A stretch of DNA of 64,000 bases from an uncultured delta proteobacterium (GCA_963784735.1 CAWASK010000004.1:9427-73426), one strand, 5' to 3'; positions 29,037-41,516 are shown, counted from the first letter of the stretch. Numbers and translations: made by a program. The notes: a model not told the origin generated them from the sequence alone.

Positions 29037-29877
29037 CTAAAGTTGTATTGAATATCCGCAGTTGACCCCGAAGCACTCCAGACGGGACCCGGCCTGCATT
29101 ATTTTCGTTCTGCAGTCGCCCACCATCTCGTCGATCTGTCTCGGTCCGTGCGTTCCTGGTTGAAATGGAACAACCCGAACCGCTTCACTTTCGCGGAGAT
29201 GGCCAGTTCCAGGGCACTCATGTATATGAGCTGTGGCCCCAGGTGCGGAATTTTTTGTATTCTCTTTCGGTATATTCGGCATCATGGATCAGCAGATCGG
29301 CCCCTGCACAAAATCCCGGTAAGCGTCCGATGACAGGCCGCTCTTATGCACATAGCCCAGCTCGTTATCGGTCATGAAAACAAAACATTTCCCGTTTTCC
29401 GTGAATTTAAATCCGGCACCCCTGTTCGGATGGCTCAAAGGAATAGGTCTGACCGGAAGTCTTCCAGCTCGACGCGGTTCTGCCCGTCATGGAGATAGGT
29501 GAGGTTCGCCCGGATCTGATCATAAGGTTGACCGGGAAGAACGGCGCCACCATCTGGTGTTCCAAAACCTTTTCGATGTTGACTGAATATGGGCAGTGGA
29601 TCCGGATCTCGAAATCTGCAGAGTAAATGGGCCGGAAAAAAGGAAAGCCGAATGATATGGTCCCAGTGCGACGTGGGTGAAAAACAAGTCCACGCTCCGG
29701 CAGCTTTCTTTCCTGTAAGGCATTGCCGAGGTTGCGGATGCCGGTCCCGGCATCGATAATAATTACCCGCCCGTCTCACCCCCTGATCTCAATGCAGGTA
29801 GTGTCGCCCCCATACTTGATGTAATCTTTTCCTGATACCGGAATCGAGCCTCTTGAGCCCCAGCATTTAATCAGCAT
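29037..29877 (-). pseudogene. MBL-fold metallo-hydrolase, at least 4 frameshifts as sequenced
   Basis: 'MLIKCWGSRGSIPVSGKDYIKYGGDTTCIEIRG' (ATG at 29877) ... 'VIIIDAGTGIRNLGNAL' ... 'ADLLIHDAEYT'. The tail is in ORF 29037..29285. Confidence 0.7.
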
Positions 29878-29990
29878 GCAGCAAATTTACCTGTTAAGAT
29901 TAAATCAGGGCCGGAATTGATAAGAGGCCCGACGGTCGGGACTTCAAAAAAATCAGGGAGATTTGTTTCTATCGGAATTGACCAGTGTTG

Positions 29991-30803
29991 TCAACCCGCA
30001 TAAGGGGAAAAAAAGGGTTTTTCTTGAGAAATATTGCGCAAATAGTCACTTATCTTTTGTCCATTTTCGGGGCCGGGAAGCATGATATCAACAAAACTCT
30101 CAACCGCCTGGTCCATCATTTCTTCCGGCAACGGGGGTGATTCGTAAGGGACCATGCTGTTGTATCCTACTGCATAGCCCTCCCACAGCTTGCGGCCGCT
30201 CTCGGCATCCCAGATCTGTCCCAGAATCTTCACGGTCCTGAGCACGGATTTACGGCCAAATGTCCAGATCACATGTCATGGAGCTGTCGGAATTATTCTC
30301 GATATAAATGCCGCGCTGATCAGCAGGTAGCGGGCCCCAGGTTGCGCGGGAAAAGCTCGTCAGGGATTCCGCATCCACTCCCAGCTTCGGGAAATTCCGG
30401 TCAAAACGCAGATAAGTGGCAGTGAGCCCGCGAGTCGTTTATGCGTTTCAGGCACTCCCCCGGCGAAATAACTGGTAATTGAATGGATATTGGCGCTCAA
30501 TTTGCGCAGCAGTATCTCGCTGATCCCGAGCGGTTCGGGTCTGATCCGTCGATTGCGGGGGCATTTCCGGCGCTCTCGAAAACCTGTTCCGGGGCATAGG
30601 GCGCGGCAGGCTGCTTGGATGCCGCGCTTTTTATCCTCTTTGGCCGGCTGTTCCAGGACCATGACCGGAAGAACCCCTAGTTTTCCCTGCCGCAGCTCGG
30701 TAATGAGCGGTTCGGAGGTCCTGTAGACCTCCTGGGACCAGTCTTTTATCTTTGGAAGCGCAGCCAAATTGCATCAGCAGAAGGAGCAGCAAGCAGGGGG
30801 CAT
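29991..30803 (-). pseudogene. hypothetical lipoprotein, at least 4 frameshifts as sequenced
   Basis: The ATG is at 30803. Lipobox-like 'CLLLLLLMQFGC|ASKDK', then 'DWSQEVYRTSEPLITELRQGKLGVLPVMVLEQPAKED', 'YLRFDRNFPKLGVDAESLTSF', and ORF 29991..30272 ('GRKSVLRTVKILGQIWDAESGRKLWEGYAVGY'). No family recognised. Confidence 0.4.
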
Positions 30804-30960
30804 CGCCGGGAAATTATTCGCCACGATAAACCCCCAATTTGTAATGGGCTACATCGAAAAGCTTCGGAGCTAAAAAGGATTTTCAACTGCGGTTAAAAGC
30901 ATTATCCCCGGAGCAATCCATTGGCCCATTGTCTAAGCTGCTGCTCGATTCACTTAGTTA

Positions 30961-32575
30961 CTATTCGTCAAGGGAGAGGGAAATATCGGTACCCCGCTTG
31001 AGGACGCGGGTCACGCTGAGGACCTCCTCGACCGTGGTGATGCCTTCCAGGGCCTTGCGCGCCCCGTCTTGAGAAGATTTGTCATGCCGCGGCTGATGGC
31101 GAGCTCGTTTATCTGGTTGGCATCCGATGTCTTGAGGATCAGTCTTTTTATTTCGTCGTCCAGCAGCAGGATCTCGAAAATGGCGCTGCGTGCCCCTGTA
31201 GCCGGTGTGCATGCAGGACACGCAGCCCTTCTTTTTGTAGAAGACGTGCTTTTCCAGGATCTTGCGGTCGAAGCCCATGTTGCCCAGCGATTCGTCATCC
31301 GGCGTATAAGGGCTCCTTGCATTTGGGGCACAGGACCCTGACAAGCCGCTGCGCCACGATGGCGATCACCGATGAAACCACGAGGAAAGGCTCGATGCCC
31401 ATTTCGATGAGCCGGGTAACGGACCCCGCCGCATCGTTCGTGTGAAGGGTCGAGAAGACCAGGTGCCCGGTGAGCGACGACTGGATGGCGATTTCCGCCG
31501 TTTCCCGGTCGCGGATCTCCCCGACCAGGATAACATCCGGGTCCTGGCGGACAATGGAGCGCAGCCCGTTGGCGAAAGTCAGGTCGATCTTGGGATTTAC
31601 CTGGATCTGCCCTATGCCCTCGATCTGGTATTCAATCGGGTCTTCGATGGTGATTATGTTGATGTCCGGGTTGTTGATCGAACTGAGCGCCGAGTAGAGG
31701 GTCGTCGTCTTGCCGCTGCCGGTCGGGCCCGTGACAAGGATTATCCCGTAAGGGGATTTGATGAGGCTGTTGAAGAGCTTGATCCGCTTGCCGTCCATGC
31801 CCAGCTCCGACAGGTTCAGGATGGAGGCGGTCTTGTCGAGGAGCCTCAGGACCACCCGCTCGCCGAAGGCCGTCGGGATGCTGGAGACGCGGATATCCAC
31901 GCTGCGCTCGGCGATTTTTATATCGATCCTGCCGTCCTGGGGAAGCCGCTTCTCGGCAATGTTGAGCTTGGCCATGATCTTGATGCGGGACGCCAGCGAC
32001 GACTGGACCTTGCGCGGCAGGTTCAGGATATTATAGAGGACGCCGTCGATCCTGTAGCGCACTTTGACGCTGTTCTGGTAGGGCTCGATATGGATGTCGC
32101 TGGCCCTGTCCTTGACGGCCTGGGAGAGCATCAGGTTGACGAGCCTGATCATGGGGGCGTCGCTGGTGTCGTCGAGCAGGTCGCCGGTTTCCTCGATTTC
32201 CGAGATTATGCTGTCGGTCGATTCCCCGTCCATGGTCTGGATGAATTCCTCGGCGGTGTCCCGGCTGTGGTCGTAAGCGTAATTGATCGCGGCAATGATG
32301 GCGGACTTCCGGGAGCGAGCACGATCCCGCTGACGCGCGAATCCATCATATTTTTCAGATCGTCGATGACCTGGAAGTTGGACGGATCGCGGACAGCTAT
32401 GATAGGTGCCCTCGGAGGTCTCAACGCGGGACCATTTTGAATTTCTTCAGAAACTGGATGGACATTTCCGCGTGAAATCAAGGTTCATGTTCTCGTAGGG
32501 AAGCTCGTTCCGGACCGGCAGGCCGGAACAAGGACGCCCATAGCCTTGAAGCTCTTCGGGCTCGCTGATCTGCAT
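30961..32575 (-). pseudogene. gspE: type II secretion ATPase GspE, at least 6 frameshifts as sequenced
   Basis: - ORF 31295..32233 carries Walker A '[12 protein letters not shown]', Asp box '[10 protein letters not shown]', Walker B '[12 protein letters not shown]', His box '[14 protein letters not shown]' and 'CPKC'.
- N-terminal GspE_N pieces: '[19 protein letters not shown]'.
- C-terminal pieces: 'GYRGRSAIFEILLLDDEIKRLI' and 'GITTVEEVL'.
- The N-terminal boundary (ATG at 32575) is uncertain. Confidence 0.9.
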
Positions 32576-32813
32576 CCGCCAAGGCCTTCTGCGGGGCCGG
32601 CCCGGTCGCGTCGGCATTGGGCGGGCCGCATGCTGTTTTCAGGTCTTCCCTCCGCCGGCCTGCCGAGAAGGGTTTTCAGTTTTTCAGCTATGTCACTTGT
32701 TAAATCCTCATGTCGCTGTTTTGTTCGGCTGAGCCGGCACAATTACCGGCTCGCTGCGCGGAGCGCCTGCCCCGGCCGGATTTTCACTTTTCGCTGCGGG
32801 CTTGTTCACTGTT

Positions 32814-35042
32814 TCATTCAGAGGCGCCGGTTTGGCCTGGAGCACCGGTTTGCGGAGCGGGCTTAACGGTTTCATTCTGCTTTTCAACTTTTCCTCTGTC
32901 CTTTTCGCGCTCCTTCCTGTCGAAGAGTTTAATCGTGGCTTCTTCCCTGACGCCCTCGATAAATTCCCTTTTGCCCTTTGTGATGGGCACCGTGTCCTGG
33001 TGGGTCCGGACGATCCTGGGCGTTATAAAGATGAAAAGGTTGGTTTTGTCCCGGGTCTGCTGCGACCGACTTGAAGGCCCATCCAGGCCCGGGATGCTCC
33101 CGAGGCAGGGGACCTTGTATTCGTCGAATTGCGTATTGTCGCCGATGATCCCCCGATCACGATTGTTTCGCTGTCCTTGACGACCACGGTCGTTTTTGCC
33201 TCTCTCTTGAAAGTGGTAGGCGTAAAGCTCCCTCGATCTGGTGCTGGTAAGCTGGGTCACCGTTTGATGGATCTTCAGGCGGACAAACTGGTCGTCGTTG
33301 ATATGAGGGGTGATATTCAGCTTGACCCCGACGTCCTTGTATTCATAGGTGCTGTAATCGATGTTGGTCCGTGCTTGTCTCCGCCCTGGTCTGGTACGGC
33401 ACGTTCTTGCCGACATTGATTTCGGCCTCTTCGTTGTCCATGCGTCAGGAGCTGGGGCGTGGAAAGGATATGGATGTCCTGGTCCTGCTGCATGGCCTGG
33501 ACGGCCGCGCCAATGGTGGGGAAAGTAATTCCGCCCAGCGTGAGCCCTGTCTTTGATCACTCCCATGCTGAACCCGGTCGGGAAAACGGCGGCAGTGGCG
33601 GCAGTTGCCGCAGTAATCGGGACATTCGGCAGGATATTATAATTTCCCCCGGTGCCAATGCCTCCGGACCCGGCGAAATAGCCGGAATTATCCGAGAGGC
33701 ACTGCATGGTGCGCCACTCGACGCCGACCTGGAAATTCTTCGTGACGCTCACTTCCATGATCAGCGCCTCAATGTAAACCATCGTCCGCGGCACATCGAG
33801 CTTGGCAATGACGTCCGAGAGGACTTTGAAGTCGTCCCGGGCGGCCGTTATGACGAGGCTGTTTGTCGCCTTGTCGGCCATCATCGTAATATCCTTGGAC
33901 AGGACGGGGGCCTTGCCTTTCTCACCGTCCGGGCTGCTGCCGCCGCCTTGGGGTCCTTGGGCAGGTTCATGAGGATCTTTGCCAGGTCTTCGGCATTGGC
34001 GTTCTGGAGACGGTAGACGTTCATGTTTGATTCGCCCCTGGGGATATCCCGGTCCAGAAGGGTGATCAGCTGCTTCATCCTCTGGGTGAATCCTTCGTTG
34101 GCGACCAGGATGACGCAATTGGTCCGCTCGTCGGCGATCACCTTCATGGGGGAGCTTATCGGCCCGCGCCTCTGGGCCTGGGCGTCGCCCTGGAATATGG
34201 TCGTGAGATTCTTGGCGACTTCGGCGGCGCGAGCATACTGATCGGGAATGACAGAAATCTGCTCGCCGACGCCCGCCACGTCCAGCGAGGCGATGATTGT
34301 CTGAAGGCGCTTTATGTTGGACAGGTAGTCCGTGATGACCAGCATGCCCGTCGGAGGATAGGAAAGGATGATGCTCGATCGCGAAATAAGCGGGTCCAGG
34401 ACCTTTTTCATTTCGTCGGGGTTGGCATGGTTAAGCGAAACTATCTGCGTGACTATCTTGTCGGACGGGTTTGCGGCCTGCGCCCGCCAGCCTTGTTTCA
34501 ATGCTCTTCTCCTTGGCGTCCTTGGCGGGGATGATCTTTATGATGTCTCCCGGAGGGACGGTTGTGAATCCATGCACTTCCAGAACGGACTCGAACACTT
34601 TGTATGCTTCGGCAAGCGAGATCTGCTTGGGTGAATAGATTGTCACTTTCCCTTTACGTTGTTGTCGATAACGAAGTTTTTCCCGGTGACCTCGCTCATG
34701 AATTTGACGAATACGGGGATATCCACGTTGTCGAAATCAATGGTCACGTATTGGGCCTTCCGGAGATTTCCGGCCGTTCTTTGCCGTCGATTCTTTTTTG
34801 TTCTTTTTGGAGCCGGCAATCCTGTCCGCTTTGGAAGACGATTTCTTTTTAGGGGTCTCGTCCTCTTTTACGGAAGCCGCATTGCCCTCGCCGCCGCTGT
34901 TGCCGCATTGCCCGTATCGGCCTGCTCGGCTGCAACCGGGCTGCGCGTGTCCCCGGATATCCTCGCCGCATTAAGAACTCCGGGCGGCAATATAAGACTC
35001 AGAAATTATCACCAGCAAAATTGTTTTTTTCAAAAACTTCAT
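32814..35042 (-). pseudogene. gspD: type II secretion secretin GspD, at least 6 frameshifts as sequenced
   Basis: - ATG at 35042: 'MKFLKKTILLVII'.
- N0 domain: 'YVTIDFDNVDIPVFVKFMSEVTGKNFVIDNNVKGKVTIYSPKQISLAEAYKVFESVLEVHGFT'.
- N1-N3 domains in ORF 33881..34501.
- Secretin core: 'YKVPCLGSIPGLD...KTNLFIFITPRIV' in ORF 32814..34118. Confidence 0.9.
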
Positions 35043-35045
35043 TTC

Positions 35046-35750
35046 CTATCCTTGCTCTTTTTTATTGATCACTTGTTTGAACTTGGGTGAAGACCGCAGG
35101 TTCTGCAGGTCATTATCCCGGCCGGCAAATGCGGCCAGCTCGGGTTTTATCAATATAGCGTGCTCCAGGAACTGCAGGCCGTTTTCCAACTGGTTGAGCT
35201 TCGCATAAGAACACGCCAGGTTGTAATATGCATCCGCGAAATCAGGCTTCAGGGATATCGCTTTGTTGAAACAGGTCTATTGCTTCTCTCGTCGCCCCTT
35301 CGGTCTTTCCGGCGGACATGAGTATCACGCCAAGGTTGTTCAGGGCATCCACATGCCCCGGGTTGGAAGCGATTATCTGCCTGTAAATTGTCTCGGCTTT
35401 CGCGCTATCGTTTGCTAATTGATTTTTCAATGCCTCCTGGTAAAGCGCCGCCGCATCGACAGGGGGCTGCCTGCGGCTGCGCGGCAGGGGCCTGCACTGC
35501 GTCCTGCTGCTTTAGCTGTAACAGAGCTTTTCTTTGCCGAAAAATTAATGCCGGAGCTTTCCTGGTAAATTATTATGGCCTGCACCTGCAGGACCAGCAC
35601 GGCCAGGACGGAATAATTGCCCATTTGGCATCTTCCTGCGCTTTTTTCCCGGACCGGCTGCTTCGGGTCGGATATCAGCTTTTCGTAATTGGAGTAGCTG
35701 CTGTCTTTGCGCTGCTGCGCTTTTTTCAGGGCGTCGTGTATAAAGCTCAT
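35046..35750 (-). pseudogene. GspB-like protein with TPR repeats, 2 frameshifts as sequenced
   Basis: The N-terminus 'MSFIHDALKKAQQRK' is a typical GspB-family start. A TM segment 'YSVLAVLVLQVQAIIIY' follows, then TPR units 'AETIYRQIIASNPGHVDALNNLGVIL' and 'DFADAYYNLACSYAKLNQLENGLQFLEHAI'. The stop lies 4 nt before the gspD ATG. Confidence 0.6.
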
Positions 35751-35753
35751 CTC

Positions 35754-36709
35754 TCAAAACCGTCCAAATAAGGTTTCCCGGCAAGCCGTTCCAGACCAGG
35801 GCCGCCGTGATAGCGAGCGCCGCCGCGAATATCAATATCCCGATCCAGGCCTGCCCGAACCTGGACAGGGCTTTTTCTCGTCCCGGCCGCTGCCCTCAAG
35901 GTCGCAGATGGCCGAATTAATCTCGTCTTTGCCGATCGAGAAGGCCTGGTTGCTGTATTTTGTAAAGGCTATCAGCAGCGCCCTGTCGCTCACGGCATTG
36001 ATCCTCCTCGGGTTTCCGCCGAATGCTTGTATATTCGCCGGCAGGCGGCATCCGAAAAATGCAGGTTGCCTTTATTCCCGGCGACCTCGAGCCGGTGCTC
36101 GATATAGTTTGGGAATATCATCCTCGGCCAGGTGGTTAAGATCATAGCTGACCGTAATGCGCTCGTTGAGCTGCTTGAGCGCGGGGATTTGAGCTTTTCC
36201 TGGAGCTCCGGCTGCCCGACGAGAATTATCTGCAGCAGCTTTTCCTTTTCCGTCTCCAGGTTGGAAAGCATCCTGATCTGTTCCAGCACTTCGTTCGAGA
36301 GGTTCTGTGCCTCATCGATCAGGATAATCGCGTTGCGTCCCGAGGCGAAGTTGTCCAGCAGGAACCGGTTGAGCGCGTCTATGTAATTTTTTTTGCCCCG
36401 CTCCAGCCCCTCCATATCGATCCCGAATTCCTGGTTGACGGCTTCGCAGCAGTTCGATATCCGTCACATAGGAATTGAAGATGAGGGCCGAATCGATTTT
36501 CGGGTCGAGCCTGGCCAGCAGGGACCGGCAAAGCGTTGTTTTGCCCGTGCCGATTCCGCCGGATACCACGATGAAGCCCTTTCCTCTCATTAATTCCGTA
36601 AATCAGGTGATTGAGCGCTTCGCGGTGCTGCCGTGCTCAGGTAAAGGTACTTCGGGTCCGGTGTCAGGTTGAACGGGTTCTCATCGAGGCCAAAAAAAAC
36701 TGAATACAT
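35754..36709 (-). pseudogene. ExeA/GspA-family AAA ATPase, at least 4 frameshifts as sequenced; C-terminal boundary uncertain
   Basis: 'MYSVFFGLDENPFNLTPDPKYLY', Walker A 'VSGGIGTGKTTLCR', Walker B 'IILIDEAQNL', 'LLQIILVGQPEL', 'GGNPRRINAVSDRALLIAF', then the TM segment 'WIGILIFAAALAITAALVW'. Confidence 0.8.
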
Positions 36710-36719
36710 TTTGTCTCCC

Positions 36720-37646
36720 TCAGTTGATATTCAGGCTTATCTGCCTGCCTTTGCGGTTTACCTGGAGAGAAACCTTTTCTCCAGGGCTGTTCATTATTTT
36801 CTGGATCCAGATCACGTCATTGGGGTTCTCTATCCTCCTGTCGTTGACGCTCTGGACTATGTCCCCGTCCTCAAGTCCGGCTTTTTTCAAAACAGATCCG
36901 TCCTTTAGCTTGTTGATGTAAAAACCCTCCATTTTGCCGGAATTGAAATGGGGCCGCACCGACCCGTCGGCCACCATGTCCCGGACCTCCCTTGCCGCCG
37001 CGTGTTCGGGACCGGCCTGTTGCTGGCCGGGCTGCGGCACATTGGGGACGCTCCTCACCGACGGCGCTGGACGCTGCTGGGCCGCCGCATCGCCGCCGGG
37101 GGGCAGGGGTTCGCTCGGGGTGGCCCTCATTTGCAGGTATTCGTCGGCCGCCCCCACCCTGAGGACGACGACATTCCTCCTTACCTCCTTGACCGTGGCG
37201 CCTGCAACCTTATCGCCCACCTTGAAGAGAGACTGCTTTTTCCGGTCCTTTTCTTCGATGATCGCGTACCCGTGTCCCTGCCTGTCTGCGATAGTGCCCA
37301 GGAGTTCAAGGTGCAGGCTTGTCTGGGCGCCCGTGTAATCGGAGGCGGACTGGGCGGAGCCGGAAAGGCTGGGCTTCATGCTGGAGCCGAACATATTTCT
37401 GTCAATGATGCCCTTGTACGCCTCGGCGCCGGCCCGGGCTGCCGCGGCCTGCTCCCGCTGAGGGGATTTTCCCTGCGGCGGACCGGGGATTTCAAGACGG
37501 CTGATGTTCACGGCGGTATCCGCCGCCGCATATGCCGCACAGGCAACAGCCAGGACGGTGAAAACGACCCGGATATGGTCCTTGATGTTCAGCTCCCTGA
37601 ACCAGTCTTTTATATAGGAGATGACCCTGAACATTTTATCCATCAT
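36720..37646 (-). CDS. gspC: type II secretion protein GspC (PDZ-containing)
   Basis: Start taken at 'MMDKMFRVISYIKDW'. It has a TM segment 'VVFTVLAVACAAYAAA' and a C-terminal PDZ 'GFYINKLKDGSVLKKAGLEDGDIVQSVNDRRIENPNDV'. The frame is intact. Confidence 0.8.
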   Translation of the reverse strand: MMDKMFRVISYIKDWFRELNIKDHIRVVFTVLAVACAAYAAADTAVNISRLEIPGPPQGKSPQREQAAAARAGAEAYKGIIDRNMFGSSMKPSLSGSAQSASDYTGAQTSLHLELLGTIADRQGHGYAIIEEKDRKKQSLFKVGDKVAGATVKEVRRNVVVLRVGAADEYLQMRATPSEPLPPGGDAAAQQRPAPSVRSVPNVPQPGQQQAGPEHAAAREVRDMVADGSVRPHFNSGKMEGFYINKLKDGSVLKKAGLEDGDIVQSVNDRRIENPNDVIWIQKIMNSPGEKVSLQVNRKGRQISLNIN

Positions 37647-37650
37647 CTTC

Positions 37651-38424
37651 TCACATTGTATTGAGCGACGGCTCGGAAACCGTCCCGGCAATAATCACAG
37701 TCTGGCGGTTGCCCTGGTCGGAGGAGAATGTCAGGTGCCCCTGAAGCCAGAGCCTGCTGTGCGCCAAGGATTTGCCGTCGAGCGATACCCGCCCCTGGAA
37801 AGAACCGTTAACCGATTTGTCTTTTATGGTTATCCTGCTGATGTCCATTATTCCCCCGTCGAGGACGGCTGCGCCTTCGAGTTTTTCAAACGGCAGGGTC
37901 GCGATCCCCATGCTTCCCGAGGAAAAGGGCAATGTGCCGTTGACCAAGGTGAACTCAATACGGCCTTTCCCCTGCGACGTCCGCCCCGTTTCCCCGGCCA
38001 TCTCGACAAAGCCGGACAGCTTGCCGGTAAGCTGTTTGCCGAACCTGAGCAGGCCGCACTCATCGGCCTTGATATTTTCAAACGTGAAACTCCAGGCCGC
38101 CGGGCCCCGCGACGCTGAGGTCCCCTCGTAATCGACGGACCCCTTGAGGCGGCCCCCGTAGAGGGCCGAGTCAATTGCCAGTGAGAGGCTGCCGCCGCAG
38201 AGCTTGGGAATATCGGCCTGCACATTGAGTTTCCTCGCCTCAAACGCCGTCTGGCCGCCTTTCTCCATTTTGAGGTCGCTCAGCCTTACCCCGAGCGGGA
38301 ACCCGGCGGCGGCTCCCCCGATAGTGACCGAGTACCCGGGATTGCCCTGCGCAATGATACTGATCAGCTGCTGCTTTATTATCCCCGGCAGGATGAAAAA
38401 ATAAAAAGACAGCAGCACCGCCAT
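37651..38424 (-). CDS. gspN: type II secretion protein GspN-like
   Basis: It has an N-terminal TM segment 'AVLLSFYFFILPGII' and lies between gspM and gspC. It is beta-rich ('GSVDYEG...GRIEFTLVNGTL...'). A possible 5' extension to the ATG at 38467 would need a frameshift. Confidence 0.6.
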   Translation of the reverse strand: MAVLLSFYFFILPGIIKQQLISIIAQGNPGYSVTIGGAAAGFPLGVRLSDLKMEKGGQTAFEARKLNVQADIPKLCGGSLSLAIDSALYGGRLKGSVDYEGTSASRGPAAWSFTFENIKADECGLLRFGKQLTGKLSGFVEMAGETGRTSQGKGRIEFTLVNGTLPFSSGSMGIATLPFEKLEGAAVLDGGIMDISRITIKDKSVNGSFQGRVSLDGKSLAHSRLWLQGHLTFSSDQGNRQTVIIAGTVSEPSLNTM

Positions 38425-38472
38425 GGTTATGCCCAGGGCGGCCCATATTTTGATTCTTCCCGTCCATCGGTC

Positions 38473-39039
38473 TTACCTGGCCCCGGCCGGCGCGGCGGCA
38501 GCGCCCGTCTTTTGAAACGTCGCGAGCCGCAGCTGGGCGGAAAGGTACTCGGCGCTTTCCGGGCTCCTGCCGATGGAGATCCTTCTAAGCACGATCGCGC
38601 TTCCGGGGGCCTCGGCCGCCGCGAGGAAGTCCACGATCTGTTTAAGCGTTACTTTTTCAAACTTTATGTCCGCGGCGATTTCCTCAAAAGAACCGGCCTG
38701 GGCCGGTTTTGACGGCTGGAGGGATTTCATGTTCCCCCTGACCCCGGCTTCCCCGGCTTTTTTTTCAATAAAGGAGAAAAAGCTGAAGTCGGGAGGCCTT
38801 TGGGCGAGTGCCGACTGGATCGCGTCAAAGTTGTCCTTGATGGACCTGTATTCGTTCTCGAGCAGGTACATCTCCTTCAAGGCGGCCTCGTTGGCCTTTA
38901 TTGAGCGCTTGATTTTGCCCTTGCTCTCCAGGAAGGGCAGCAGCGCCAGCTGCACAAAGAGGATCACCACGATCAGGGCCCCGCCGGCGAGCACGGTGCG
39001 CTTTTGCCTTGAGCCCAGGTTTTGCCAGAAAGCTTTCAT
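38473..39039 (-). CDS. gspM: type II secretion protein GspM
   Basis: 188 aa with a single TM segment 'TVLAGGALIVVILFVQLALLPF' and then a coiled region. The start overlaps the gspL stop (ATGA context). The call rests on position and architecture. Confidence 0.7.
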   Translation of the reverse strand: MKAFWQNLGSRQKRTVLAGGALIVVILFVQLALLPFLESKGKIKRSIKANEAALKEMYLLENEYRSIKDNFDAIQSALAQRPPDFSFFSFIEKKAGEAGVRGNMKSLQPSKPAQAGSFEEIAADIKFEKVTLKQIVDFLAAAEAPGSAIVLRRISIGRSPESAEYLSAQLRLATFQKTGAAAAPAGAR

Positions 39040-40534
39040 CTGCCCACATCCATCTTAAGCCCGAACTCGACCCTGCTGCCCTGCCGCACCGCCGTCGCCG
39101 AGCTGATGCTGATGTTTTTGAAACGACTGGAACCGGCGAGGGCCTTCTTGATTTCCTCGGCCGTGTCAAAACTCGCGGCCTCCGCCTTTATTTCGATCCG
39201 CTCCCCGTCATAGACCAGGTTCGTTATCAGCAATCCCGGAAGACTGCGGGACCAGGGTATTGATTTCGCCCAGCAGGTCCAGGAAAGGCGCCCCCGGACC
39301 AAGGGAGAGCTTTTTGGCTTCCGAAATTTTCGTCCGGAACTGCTGGACCGGATCGACAATCTTTGTTACCTCCGGGCAGTTTGCCTTGAACACGCCGTTG
39401 ACGGCAGCCTTGACGCGGTTGAGTTTCAAACGGTCAAGGTAATAACCCGCCCCCTGGTCGACAAGGAGGGCTGCCAGGACCACTATCATCATCAGGGCCG
39501 CCCACCTCAGGTCCTTCTGAAGCTTCACGGCATTCTTGCGCAGCTCGAACTGGCCCCTGCGGAAATCAAAACCGGCCGACCTTTTGGCGCCCCGCAGGGC
39601 AAGCGCCAGGGCCCCGTTCATTTGCGGCGTCCAGGCCTCCGGGAGGGCCGAATCAATTTCAAAGTCCTCGAGTTCCGTCAAATCCAGCATCTCGGCGGGC
39701 ACGGCGAAGCAGGACTCGAAAGCCTGTTTTATCCCGCCGAACAGCGCCCCGCCCCCGGTGAGCATTATTCTCGCAGGCCCTGCCGCCGCATATTTTCCGG
39801 CCCCGGCCTGTTCGATCGTGGCTTTCACGTCCCGCGCGAAGCCGCGGCAGGCCCCGTTCATCTTTTCCAGGGAAGCCCCGTAATCGCCGGACAACTTTTT
39901 CCTTTCCGCCTCCGGGAACTCTGCACCAGTTGCGCCGGCGATGATCTGAGTCAAAGAATCCCCCCCGAAATCGAACGACCTGAGGTGGCGGACCCTGCCG
40001 CCGTCAATCAGGACGCTGACCGATTTTTCCGAGCCCACGTCAACAATCAGGGCGCAATCCTTCCTCTTAGCCGCCAGAATCACAGCCAGCGGGACCCCGT
40101 CCAGGTCGATGAAAGACGCCTCGGGAAAGACATTCTCCACGGCGCTGATCATTTCGCCGACGGCCTCCCTGTGCGCCGCTGCGGCCAGGACCTCCACTGG
40201 TTCGGAAGGGTCGGAAATGGCGAAGTCGATCAGGGCGTCTTCAATGGAAAAGGGTATGGACGGTTCCAGCTCGAAGGCGATTGTCTGCCGTATCTTTTTT
40301 TCATCCCGGAACGGCATTGTTATGTTCCTGCAGGGACACCCTGCCCGGGTGGATGGCCGTCACGCACACGCTGCAGTCCACCCCCCTCGCCCGGAGCTCT
40401 TCGAGGGCCGCCCGCAGGCCGCCGTCCGTGCCGATTTGGATGGTCTCCAGGGCGCTGATACGTTTTCCCGAATGGAGCACCACGGCTCTTAGATGTCTGG
40501 GGCCTATATCGAGGCCGAGAATTCCGTCTTTCAT
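39036..40534 (-). pseudogene. gspL: type II secretion protein GspL, 2 frameshifts as sequenced
   Basis: Actin-like N-domain 'ILGLDIGPRHLRAVVL' (ORF 40301..40534), then 'PFRDEKKIRQTIAFELEP...IVDVGSEKSVSVLI...FDFGGDSL', the TM segment 'WAALMMIVVLAALLV', and a periplasmic tail in ORF 39036..39359. Confidence 0.8.
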
Positions 40535-41510
40535 ATCCCGGTTTTCCAGAAAAGCACCCTCATTTTTTTATTGTCCGTCCTTTCAACGACCCCTGAGACG
40601 CTCTCTCTCATATCGGAGAGGATGCCGGTTGACGAAATCCGGAACAGGCCGCTTTTTATCGATACGACATCGCCCAGGCTGACTCCCGAGAGGACTGTCG
40701 ATCTTCTTGTACCAGCCAGCGTCCGACAAGGGAGTTCAACGGGTTGCGCCGGTACTCGTCCATGGCATCGGCCTTTTCGATGCTCATGTCCGCGGAGAGT
40801 GCCCTGAGCACCATCCTGGGCGCCGTATTGATGTTGATCTTCCCGCTTTCCCCGTAAACGGTTAAAAAGTTCCTGATGCCGGGGCGGCCCTCGGACCCGA
40901 AGAATATCTCCGGGGTGATCTCCTTGACAAGCAGCAGTTCGTCAAGGGAGTCCAGCCTGTCGTTCTTGGCGCTGTAAGGTGCAGACGATGTCCGGTAGTA
41001 GGCGCTCTCCGCCCCGTCCTTTCCCGTCACCTCCTCGTCCGCATCAATCCAGTCCTTGACGGAATTGATAATGGCCGCAACCTTGGCCGGGCTGAGGCCG
41101 AACTCCGGGAGGCTCAAAAAGCGCTCGAATATTTCCCTGTACTGCGCGTTGAACGCTCCGCCGCTTACAATCTTGTGAACGGGTATCTTCCCGCTCTCGT
41201 CTTCGATAGCGAGGCTGCAGGCCCCTTCGCCCTCGAACAACTGGGCCGAGTAAGGCGAAAGCGCCTCCGTTTTGGCCCAGATCTCGTTGAGCGAATCGTA
41301 GCTGAGGTTGTCCCTCAGCAAAATTGCCGCAGCCGCGTTGAAACCCGATTTGGCGATGTAAAGCGTCTTTACCCGGTCCCGGAAATTCGCCGCCTCGTAT
41401 ATTTCGGAACGCGAAGACGCATTGAGCTCGATCGTGACGGCGACTATGATGCTGACCATCAGGATGACGAGGATCAGGGCCGTCCCTTTTTCGCTCCGGA
41501 TAATCTTCAT
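40531..41510 (-). pseudogene. gspK: type II secretion minor pseudopilin GspK, 1 frameshift near 40690 as sequenced
   Basis: 'EKGTALILVILMVSIIVAV', 'DESGKIPV' and 'GKININTAPRMVLRAL'. The true tail 'VVSIKSGLFRISSTGILSDMRESVSGVVERTDNKKMRVLFWKTGI*' is in another frame, and its stop overlaps the gspL ATG (ATGA). Confidence 0.85.
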
Positions 41511-41516
41511 GCAGCT